A stretch of 64,000 bases of DNA from contig NC_043010.1 of NCBI RefSeq assembly GCF_006345805.1, positions 38,936,001 through 39,000,000 on the forward strand, read 5' to 3'. This document shows, in pieces, positions 52,751 to 64,000 of this stretch. Origin of the DNA: Octopus sinensis (taxonomy: Eukaryota). Each line of letters starts with the position of its first letter. Within the stretch, counting starts at the first letter, position 1. The notes under the pieces were generated by a model that ran no database searches, was not told the origin of the DNA, and saw nothing but the letters and a program-made list of their open reading frames with translations. The position numbers and the translations under genes were made by a program.

Positions 52751-53472
52751 TTGAAATATATTTCAATAAAATTTCAAATTGAACAGTAATTTCGTCACCA
52801 CGTGCATATGTATTTAGAGCGGCAACCTTCTTCAATATATGCATATATAAAACAGTAATCAATTTCGTTTTATAAAAATAGATTCAATTAATTCCTACAT
52901 TCCAAGGAAATTATTCATCGTTTATTTTATGTTCAGAGAGGTTTACTATTTTAGAGAAAATTAGATCATAAAAAGACATTGGAATTGATTGAATAAAATC
53001 ACACTAATTAATTTTAATCGTTCAGACTGAATGTACAAAATGTCTTACTTAACATTTGTTTTATTACTTTGATGCATTTTTTCTCAGCGCAGTCCATCTT
53101 GTGACGCATACAAGTAGAGCAGGACTGAAATATATGTTCTTGAACGCGAACGTCTGGTTATCATTTGGTTGCATGCTATTAAAAGGAGACAAAATCGAGA
53201 AAAGATGTCTGTAGATTTGGAAAATAGACACGACGTTGATAAATTAAATTGAGACAAAAAGGAAGGAAAGTGATAATGTGCGCTTGGTTTCAGAATATAG
53301 CTGTCAGTTGAAAGCGAACGGTTCCACAGTGCTGCTATGTATAGAAGACAAACTTGTTAAATAGTGCGAGGACACTGAGAAGGTGAGAATAGAAATTACA
53401 GATTAAACTCACTTCATAGGCGTTATTTCATTCAAAGTCTAGACAAGCTTAATATAAGCAAATGAGATGGTA

Positions 53473-53536
<64 letters not shown>

Positions 53537-53700
53537 CTCTTGTGTGATTGTTTGCCTGTCTATATAATTACCTACCTACCTACATGCATACATACAAACA
53601 AATATACATACAACCAATCTATTTATCTCTCTATCTGTCTATCTATCTATATCTATCTATCTATCTATCTATCCATCTACACAGTTATGGCTCAAATATA

Positions 53701-53923
53701 TTACTTTATTACCCACAAGGGGCTAAACATAGAGGGGAAAAACAAGGACAGACAGAGGTATTAAGGCGATTACATCGACCCCAGTGTGTAATTGGTACTT
53801 AATTTATGGACCCCGAAAGGATGAAAGGCAAAGTCGACCTCGGCGGAATTTGAACTCAGAACGTAGCGGCAGACGAAATACCGCTAAGCATTTCGCCCGG
53901 CGTGCTAACGATTCTGCCGGCTC
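53701..53923 (-). mobile_element. SINE family C, well preserved
   Basis: Minus strand GAGCCGGCAGAATCGTTAGCACGCCGGGCGAAATGCTTAGCGGTATTTCGTCTGCCGCTACGTTCTGAGTTCAAATTCC. Confidence 0.85.
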
Positions 53924-54049
53924 AAATAGCTGTCACAACTGCAACTCTAAGTGAGTGATAATCCGCATATTACGAAGGAACATTATGTTAGTTTCCCTGG
54001 GATTACGGTATGATGTGGCTTATCATGAAATGAATTAACTAGTCCCATT

Positions 54050-54420
54050 TACTCGCTAAAGTAATGTACCAAACCAAGCATTCGGAAACACTTTCAAGAT
54101 GTGAGATTTATTCACATCAAGATGGCGTTCCAAGTTTTCAAGCAGGTGAATTGAAGAAAAGGGTTTAGCAGTGCAGCACACTCTCAGTTAAACGGACTTT
54201 CCGTCAGTAGATATTTGTTTATGCGGATGCTTAAAAGATAAGTGTAAAATATGATGATTGTTGACGAATTATAAGGGAATGTGCCCTAACACCGAACGAA
54301 ATCAGACTTGATTGTGATTCCACGCCTTCGAGTTAGCAGTAATGCCTGGGCTAGAATGGTCATCAGGTTGAACAAGTGTTAAAAAATAAATTTAATTCTG
54401 TCTAAGTTCTGTTAAATTTT
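54050..54420 (+). mobile_element. Decayed Tc1/mariner DDD/E catalytic fragment
   Basis: HQDGVP..DFPSVDICLCGCLKDK..NGHQVEQVL resembles QQDGAP..DLTPLDFFLWGYLKDK..GGHFEQLL. Confidence 0.45.
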
Positions 54421-55031
54421 GAAAATCAAATATTTTAAAATAAAAATTGACTTTCTAAACATTCAAATGTGCCTACACATTTGGAGAAACTCAGTGTGTG
54501 TGTGTACTTATATATAATATGCATAAACACACACACACATATATATACATACCCCCCACACACACATAAATATATATACATACATACTCACCCACACACA
54601 TACACACACAGATATATATATATATGTATATATACACACATAAACACACACATAGTATGTATAATTACGCTAATACGTAAATGCATTCATACAAATCTAT
54701 GAACTTGTATTTATATATAAAATTCTACTCCTTCATAAATGAATTGCTATATAATGAGTCACCACAATATTACTATAGTAACGAATATAAAAATGATAGC
54801 CTCAAGACAAAAATGTGTTTGTAGTACTCTTTCCTAAAATTTGAATAGATTACATTGTGGTTGTGTTTACATTTATAGCAAAATTATTTGCTGGCGGTTA
54901 GTTGAGAGAAATATGCCAATGTGTAGCAATGAAACAGAACATAAATCATTTGGAAAATTTCGAAAATTAAAAAGACTTAAAATTTCGATTTGTATTCTGG
55001 TGAAATACATCTGTCATTAATAATATTATAT

Positions 55032-55480
55032 ATACGAGGTTTGATAAAAAAAGTATACAGAGTGAAGAAGCTTGGCATAGAATGATTTTAGGCTGACTAT
55101 GCGCAATGAATCATAAGGTTCTCGCTTACTTTCATTGTTTAAAGCAGTGCTTGGAAATAAAGTGTGCTGTTGGTTGTTGTTTGTTCCTTCTGGAGCCACA
55201 CCTGGTTCATAGGGCCGGTTTCCCGGTTTCATTGGCGTATAGGTTCCCCACCTGGACGGGACGCCGGTCCGTCGCAGAGTAAAGTGTGTAGAGTCTGGTC
55301 GTTGCATGCATCATGTGAGTACCATTTGTGGGATCTGATTTTTTTTTGGGGGTTGGGGGGAATAAGAGGAATAAATTGCAAGGGGCCAGAGCTGGGAAGT
55401 ATTGTGATTGTCGGATCCTCGGAAATGTTGTGCTGGGCTCAAAACTGCTACGCAAGCTATAATATGGAGATGCAAATCAC
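55032..55480 (-). mobile_element. Mariner 3' remnant interrupted by a SINE tail
   Basis: SQYFPALAPCNLFL resembles PYSPDLAPCDFFL; TACGAGGTTTGATAAAAAAAGT TIR-like end at 55034. Confidence 0.5.
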
Positions 55481-55591
55481 TGGATGCATGTGACGACTAC
55501 ATACTACATACTTTACTTCTCAGCACTGTTATAAACACACACTCACACATACGTACATACACACATACACATACATACATACATACATACA

Positions 55592-55624
<33 letters not shown>

Positions 55625-56592
55625 TTATATACTATATATACATATATACAATTGTGTCTGGGGAGAGTCATTCTCTTTTTGAGCCTTATAATGTAGCACA
55701 CTCACTGGTAAAATTTCTACTTGTTTCTTACTTTTATTTTCCTAAAATTTTCGTTGCGTCTTGCAACCGTTTCAATAGTCTTGACTCTGTCTGTTATTTA
55801 CACTGTGTTCCTTTTTGTTTGTTTGTACGCATGTGTGTGGGTCAGTGTGTGTGTGTGTGTTGTGTGCCTAAACATGCATGCATGCACGTATGTATGTGTG
55901 TATGTATGCATGAATGTGTATGTATATGTTTGTGTGTATGTGTGCATCTGTATGTATATATCTTGTATATTCATGTGCTTGCATGTCTGCGTGTGTGCGT
56001 GTGCTTGTATATGTATGCACCTCTGTCTCCTTGTGTGTGCATGTCTGTGTGTGTGTATGTGTTATGCAACCTTGTACCATGTTTGTATGTATGGATGTGC
56101 ATCTCTATGTGTGGATCCGTATCTCTCTATGCGTTCTTGTGTGGAGTAAAGTGTGTGTGCATATATGGTCATGTGTGTCAGTCTCCATTTGCGTATGTGT
56201 GCTTGTCTGTTCTTATAACCTATGTACCTATCCTTCTGTATGTTGATCTGGTTATTTTCATATCTATATGCTTACATACAAAAAAAATAAAATAAAATAA
56301 AAAAATACATGTGCATAAACACACACACTAACACCCACCAACACGCACATACATACATCTATCTACATTACTATTCTACTCTACCTGTGTAAACTGTGGG
56401 TATGGAGGTATTATATCTACTATATATATTTCCTATTTAGTATCGGGGAGGTTTCATTTATAAGGAAGCAATCCTGTATTTGTTTCAGTGTTGGGTCTTT
56501 TGGGTGCTTGGATAACATGTGGATGTCAAGTTGACCCAAGTAGCCTCCATGGTGGTCTATACACACACCACACATACACACGCACACACACA

Positions 56593-56623
<31 letters not shown>

Positions 56624-57329
56624 TATGTATGTATGTATATGCGGTATATGCGCGCGAAAACTCACAGATAAGCACATAAATATATGTATATATATATGCA
56701 TGTATGTATGTATGTATGTACGTTTGTCTGTGTATATATACGTATATACGCGCATATAACGGTGTTTAATATTTTTTGATATCTTGTCATATCAAAGACA
56801 ACCTTGTTTTTTGTTCATAAATGGAACTAGATTTAAGGAAACGCTGAAATTAATCATGTCGGGTTGCTAATATCGTGTATAACTCGCCGTAGTGGTATAA
56901 CTCGCCGTAGTGGTCTGGTGTAATTTAGTGAAATAGAAAAAAAAGCAAAATATGGAAATATTTGTTAAACAGGAGAGGTAAGCGTTGTTATGAAGCAACA
57001 AAATCGTAAATAGACGGACGAAATGTTGTAAAGCATTAATAATAATGTTTAGAATAAGGCGGCGAGCCTATTCTAAACATCAATAACGATAACCATTTTT
57101 ACTATAAGCACAAGGCCTAGGGCAATTGGCGGGTAGAGGGTTAGTCGATTACATCTAGCCTACTGTTCAGGTTGTACTTATTCTACTGACCTTGAAAGAT
57201 GTAATGCAAAGACGACCTCAGCGGAAAACGACCTTATAACGTAAAGACGGACTCTGCTCCGTGGAGTAAAGATGAAAGAGATATGTGTTGAAATATATAT
57301 GGAAGACCATAGACGGTGTGGTACCAAAT

Positions 57330-57610
57330 TTTGGTACGGTCAGAAATAGCAATCCTGAAGTGGACGTCAGTTCACTGTCCCAAATTTTCCATCCATCCCG
57401 GTTAGAGTGAGAATCGTGTACTTGGGATTCAAACGCCCGCAGCTATTTAATATCTTGCCAAATTTTCTGAGAGCTTTACATGGAGTGAGGGCGGTTGTTA
57501 TTTTAGAAATGGGTTGACCAGCTGCTCTCCAAAAGCCCAAATGAACCCACACCAAGGCAACTCATAGGAGGCAGCAATATCAAACTTCCTCCTTCATCAA
57601 AAGCCAATAA
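57330..57610 (+). mobile_element. CR1-type LINE C-terminal remnant
   Basis: TVPNFPS..LGFKRPQLFNILPNFLRALHGV..PNEPT aligns with 21002-21268. Confidence 0.7.
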
Positions 57611-58108
57611 TTAAAAATGGTCATTGAAAAGGTGATAATACTAGTGGTGGCCCAAAATAGCCACAGTCTTTGGGCCGAAGCGAAGCATATATAAGAAAAA
57701 CAGAGAATATGCGAATGCGCGCTATTATCGAACAATGAGAACGAGAGTTCAACACTGCATTGGTGGATAAATATTTGGTATTTGTGGATTAACAAGGCAG
57801 CCAATGCCTCCACGTGAAGAGATCTTCAGTATTGTTCTTGTGTAATACATAGTAGTGTTCGTAGTCTTTCTTTTGCATGAGAATGCTGATCTAAAATGAA
57901 GACGAGCACCAACATTTCCATGTGACACACTTGAGCAATCGTGAAGATCTCAGATGAAACCATTGGTTACCTTGTGAACCAACAAATAAAGTATAACTGA
58001 ATATATCTACATATATAAATATGTATATGCTTGTATGGCTCTGTCTCTCTGTCGGTCTGTTTCTCTATACACATATATATATACATGTCCATACACATAT
58101 ATATATAC

Positions 58109-58140
<32 letters not shown>

Positions 58141-58215
58141 CATACACCACACACAGACATATATATATATATATAATATATATATATGCATCCATAAATG
58201 CATATGTATATATGC

Positions 58216-58255
<40 letters not shown>

Positions 58256-58608
58256 CATATTCTGATTCTGCCGCAGTAAAAACCAGGAGCATAAAGTTGA
58301 AAAGAAACTCAAATACCGTTAAGTATATAGTTCATTATTTCTTATGTTTCATCTGTTATACACATATATACTCACCACTAGCATGAGACTATTGCAATTT
58401 AATAACATGGAAACCGGTATATAAAATTCGATAATGCTTATAATAATACTAATACTACTAATTATAAAAGTAGCAATAGTGGTAACACTATCAATAATAC
58501 TACGATATAAAATTTACTTCTCAAAGAAATTATGTATAGCGAAAACAATTTTAATTTTTCGTGTGTAAATCTAGAGAATTTGAATAATAATAATTATAAT
58601 AATAATAG

Positions 58609-58679
<71 letters not shown>

Positions 58680-59359
58680 TAATAATAATAATGTTTCAAT
58701 GATTGTGCAATAAAATAAAATTGTAAAATACTCTTTGAAGACTAAATTGAGTAAAATAAAATATTCGAAGAAAGATATTTGAAAATACTTCTGTCAAATA
58801 TTTCTCTGTAATAGTCGGGCATCAATAAATGTTTCGGTTAAAATTGGTCAATTTAATTGCGCCAGAATAATCGCATAATTCACTGAAAATATCGTCAAAG
58901 TACAAGATATACCGACTTTTAAAATGAGGAAATCAAAGAGCTACTGGCTTTATATTTTTTTCGCTAGTTAGTGTATGTATGTATGTATGTATGTATATAT
59001 GTATGTATGTATATATGAAAATCTGTGTATGCCTTTGTATGTACATATATTTGGATATATGTCTGTATATATGCATCACATATACAAGTATATATATTCG
59101 TGTAGGTTTCTATATACCAGTATATATATATATATAGATACGCATATACATATGTAGGTTTGTATACATTTAGGTATGTATGCGTGTGTGTATGTGTGAG
59201 CATGTATATATGTTTATAGCTATATATTTAATACGTACCTGTGTTTGTGTTTTAAATGCGAGCTTTAAAATTTAAACTTCTATAAACATAAGAAATACGT
59301 ATATGTATTATACATTAAGTGCGTCGCTCTTAATTATATCAACACCTAATATTTACGTG

Positions 59360-59620
<261 letters not shown>

Positions 59621-59624
59621 CTAT

Positions 59625-59661
<37 letters not shown>

Positions 59662-59763
59662 GAGTGTGTATATATATATGTGTGCGCGCGTGTATACACA
59701 TACATATATATGTGTTATATGTGTGCTTATATATATATGTGTGTTGGTGTGCGTATTTCTTTG

Positions 59764-59823
<60 letters not shown>

Positions 59824-60789
59824 TGTTAATATAACGAACGGTTGTTTCTTTTCCCTCTATCTTTCTTCGGTTTCATCTATCCTTTTCCTTACAAGAATAT
59901 AGGCTCTAATGTTGAGCCTATATTTTTTCCTGGGTGTAAACCAAATTCCCACTCTCTGTTGTTCTTCAATCTCGTTTTTGAGTCTTTATAATTTTGGACA
60001 ACGTACATACACCTCACACACACACAAACACATACACACAAACACATACACACAGCCACACATATTTATATGTCTATCTAAAGAATTTCGGAGATTATTT
60101 GTGTAAGTTACTTATTGAGTCTGAGACACCATGTTTAAACTGAAGCAATTAAATCGTGAAATAACGACATTGTTGATGTAAAATATACAAGAATGTGTTG
60201 AATTCAATTTCCGTTTATTACAAGAATTGTTAAAATTTCGTCGCCGAATTGCACTCTGATCGTTATTTATTGTATTTTTGCATTTCCATTACTGTATTCC
60301 GAATATGAAATCGTCTGTTGAAACTAATATATTTATATTTTGGAAGAGTTACGCAGCAAGTAAATATGCCCGCACTAGTTGCTGTCGAAATTTTAATTTA
60401 GTTAATTGATTTTTTAACGTATTGGGCTACACACCTCAAACGTACTTACTTTTCTTTATTCTCCCTTACTCTATTTTGCTCTCCGTGTCCGATAATTTTA
60501 TTGGTAAGTGAATATGAATATTTGTGTAAATTTGAGCGCGCGTTTTGTAGTTATTGGCCACAGTTTCGTGTCGGTGAGATATATATGGGAATGGGTTTGG
60601 ACTTTACTTGTGAGTAATCATCTATAAGTGAGTGTGCATTGCTTTCGTCTGATACTTTTATACATATATATGTATGTGTATGTGTGGTTGCGGGCGTGTG
60701 CACATGTTTGTCTGCGTGTTTAAGTGTGTGTGTATGGATGTGCGTGCGATTGTTTACTGGCATATGTATATATATATATGTAGATATAT

Positions 60790-60842
<53 letters not shown>

Positions 60843-60921
60843 TATATATATATACATATATATATATATAGATCGCTATGTACTACACACATTGTTTCTC
60901 TCCTTGTATCTTTCTGTTTTC

Positions 60922-60957
60922 CTTTCTGTGGAAGAGCGTAGGCTCGAAACGTAAAAG
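60922..60957 (+). ncRNA. Minimal hammerhead-like motif (A6 to U)
   Basis: CTTT-CTGTGGA-a GAGC gtag GCTC-GAAAC GT A-AAAG; all three helices pair. Confidence 0.45.
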
Positions 60958-62029
60958 ACTTTCAATTCCCGAGCGTTAAACTAATACATCTGTTTGTTTT
61001 CTACACCAGCTGTATTCGTCTTTTGTTTTTTCATGAATCCTCCCTATATATATATATATATATATTTTTTTTTTTTCGACCAGGCTATCAGATGTTGCTA
61101 CACATCGCTGGTCACAATGCGCTTCGCATTGTTTTAGCCTTCAAATGACGCCACCCCGCTGGCTAAGCGAATATATATGTATGTATGTATAAAGATAGAT
61201 ACATAGATAGATAGATAGACAGATAGATAGATTGATAGATAGATAGATATGGGAATGGGGTTTGTACGAGTGTATGTATCATTGGTATTTACATGTAGTT
61301 ATATAGATACATATAGACATATATGAGTATAAATATGTCTGATATGGATATAGGTACATGTATTGATTGAAAAATAGACATTTCGCTTTATAAGTACATA
61401 CCTACATACATATATGTGTGTTGGAGTGAAAACGTGTGTGTGTTTGCGGGTGCGTGCGTGTTAAACAACTTTATTACTGTAAAGTAACTTCAATAATAGC
61501 AGGAAAACATTTAATTATAGAGGGACTGTATAATGGAAGTTAAATCGTATTTCTGGAAATCAAAATTTGAGCAGGTAACATGTGGTTTGTAATATGTTAC
61601 ATACTTACCAAGAAAGGTGTTTCATGATTTATTCATAGAAAAAAAAAACAAATCAAAATAACAAAAAGACGTTGGAGATCATGAGTCAGATGGCTTATAT
61701 CTCGATGGTATGTGAAATAAGTTTTGGTGGGAATAGCAGAAAGAAAAAAAAGTCTCCAAAAAAACATAATATAGAAAATATGTAGGAACAGAGAATGTTT
61801 ATTGATTATTGGGAAATATTCTGTGAAGAAAGAAGGAATTGACTGATTTCCTTGCCGATTTTAATCTATTGAATGTTAATGTGCCATATGGAGTTTATTT
61901 GAAAACAATGTTTTATTACTCTTTCTGTATATATGCATGTTTGTGTGGTTGTGTGTGTGTGTGTATCTGTGAGTCTGTGTGCATGCGCGCGCGTGTGGAT
62001 ATCAGTTTATGAAATAACGACGTACATAT

Positions 62030-62395
62030 ATGGCGTTGGCTCGGCTGTGTGGTAAGCAGTGTGTTTCCCAACCACATAGATCCAGTTTCAGTCCAAGTGC
62101 GTGGTACGCAAGGAACGTGACTTCTCATCAGGCCGCGCAAAGATTTCTGAGAGGTTTTGGTAGACGGAAAATGAAAGACGCCTGCCGTATGCATATACAT
62201 ATATGTATGTGAATATATATCTATATATCAATGCATGGACTGGCTGTGAGTGAAATAGCTTGCTTACCAGCCACATGGTTCCGGGTTCAGTCCCAAGGCG
62301 TGGAATCTTTGGCAACTGTGTTCTACTATAGCCTCGGGCCAACCAAAGCCTTGAATGGATTTGGTAGACGGAAACTGAAATTCGCTCGCCTTATG
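62030..62395 (+). mobile_element. Two tandem diverged family B SINE 5' halves
   Basis: GGCTGTGTGGTAAG..TTCAGTCC..GGTAGACGGAAA at ~62040-62190 and again at ~62240-62395. Confidence 0.65.
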
Positions 62396-62451
62396 CATAT
62401 ACATAAATACATACATACATACATACATACATAATATATATTATATATATA

Positions 62452-62515
<64 letters not shown>

Positions 62516-62516
62516 T

Positions 62517-62909
62517 CTAGCAGTATCGCCCGGCGTTACTCGGGTTTGTAAGGGAAATAACTATTTTAGCATTTTAGAGATGTAAAGTATAATAGCCATA
62601 TCAATATTGTTAACCATAAAGAGGGGGTGTTACTGTAGTTTTTTACGTTCTGAGATTTAATAATAAATTTTTAGAGAGTTACTTCCCTTATATATGCCAA
62701 AAATGCATTAAAAATGGGAAAACGTGATTGTAAATTTTTAAAAAATCGTAGACTCATCGTAGACGCGCGCTAATACCCAGAAGGGCTCGATATGAATCAC
62801 GACTATAAGATACCCGGTTTGGTTAAACTGCACCGCAAAATGTGGGAGTAGTTAGGAATCTAAATCGTAGGAGACAGACAGCACACAACCTCACTTTTAT
62901 ATATAAAGA
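62517..62909 (-). mobile_element. Non-autonomous Helitron
   Basis: Minus strand starts A|TCTTTATATATAAAAG and ends CCCGAGTAACGCCGGG hairpin..CTAG, the canonical Helitron termini. Confidence 0.7.
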
Positions 62910-62967
62910 TGTATGTATGTATGTATGTATATATATATATGTATGTATGTATATATATATATGTATG

Positions 62968-62999
<32 letters not shown>

Positions 63000-63029
63000 T
63001 GTATATATATATATATGTATATATAAACA

Positions 63030-64000
63030 ACAATCACATCTGACAGAAGTTTTGATGGGAATATTCCACCAGTATTCCTTGAGTTGGTGTTTATGAAAGT
63101 ATTCCATAACAGAAGGATTTTCTACGTTTATTTCTGGACAGTCTTTCTTTCGGATCGTATAGTAAATTGTTTTAGCAACAGCATCGAGCCGCATAGTGAG
63201 GTAGTACCGCAACGACATTTTAGGACATCTGCTAATCACATGTGTTATGTCTTCCACAAAAACATGATATAGTCTACACATACGGTTGCACCTTGGGATT
63301 ACAAGATCCTTACTGTCTATCTTGTTTACCAGGTATTATGTGTGATCCTCCTGTTTTGGGATTGCAAACACATAGCCTTTTAATTGTGATGTAATGTAGT
63401 GGTCTTGTGTCCACGAAAAGCTGCGCTTCGTGTCAATTCTAATGTGTACTTCAAGCTTCCGGGCAACATACCAGTCCATGGTCTTCTTTTTGTATGCTGA
63501 GTGCTTTCAATTCAGGTTTTCTCTGAGGTGAGGGGGTTCAGCTGTTTTAGGGCTGTATAAGATCATCAGGAAGAAAGTGTTTCTTGAGGAGATCAATGCC
63601 AACTCGTACAATGTTGTTCACTTCACTTTTCAGGACTGCATTGATATATTTATTTTTGCTGCTGTCGTTTAGCAGGTGCTGCCTGAGTGATATCATACAA
63701 CATTCGAAGGCCGTCTGCACTGATCTCAAGCCTCTATCACTTTCGTTTCTTCTTAGGCAGAGCCTGTCAATATCACTGTTTCTGTCGAAGTTCCCTGTTG
63801 TTTTCAAGATTTTGTAGGTTTTGATATCTATGGAGTGGATTTCCTCTACAGACCAATCAAGTACCCCAAGTGCTGCGAACAGTACTGTTACTGCAAGTGC
63901 ATTGTGGGATACTGTCTGTTGTAAAGGGAGAGTTCCGAGTGCCATATTTTCCTAAGTCTGTTGTAATATTCTCGGGTCACTCTACCTTTATTCACAGTGC
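63030..64000 (-). mobile_element. R4/Dong-like LINE fragment (post-RT region, zinc knuckle), runs off the window end
   Basis: ORFs 63547-63945 (WSVEEIHSIDIKTYKIL..DIDRLCLRRNESDRGLRSV) and 62823-63281 ([28 protein letters not shown]). Confidence 0.8.

Noticed and set aside
56877-56912. 18-bp direct repeat x2 (also an 11-bp unit x3 at 14106-14136) as CRISPR-like
   Set aside because: Adjacent repeats without spacers in eukaryotic DNA; simple slippage duplications.
58370-58425. GAAACCGGTA motif like the U3-A8 family
   Set aside because: No recognisable NUGANNA core upstream; at best a heavily decayed relic.

Overview
Eukaryotic, very AT-rich and microsatellite-saturated DNA. The repeat families look cephalopod, probably Octopus; this is an inference from the SINE/LINE types and the repeat load. 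I found no host protein-coding exon, tRNA, rRNA or CRISPR array that I can support; nearly all ORFs in the supplied track are translated (TA)n/(TG)n/(TAGA)n repeats. The non-repetitive sequence is mostly transposon debris: a 2.1-kb 5'-truncated CR1-type LINE and two shorter CR1 ends, three R4/Dong-like (RLE) LINE fragments, a Penelope-like (GIY-YIG) element with an internal inversion, a decayed Helitron Rep interrupted by a MITE, several mariner/Tc1 remnants, and many tRNA-derived SINEs with interchangeable heads and tails. The main result of the hunt is about 14 minimal type-I hammerhead ribozyme motifs, roughly one per 4-5 kb, from several unrelated sequence families. Most intact or near-intact copies have a palindromic helix III (ACAATTGT, ACTGCAGT, ACACGTGT, ACCGGT, ACGT). 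Three copies share a compensatory U3-A8 core in place of C3-G8. Three copies with fully canonical cores lie in fold-back or terminally redundant non-coding units that resemble Penelope pseudo-LTRs or retrozymes. All folds were done by eye and none has been tested.
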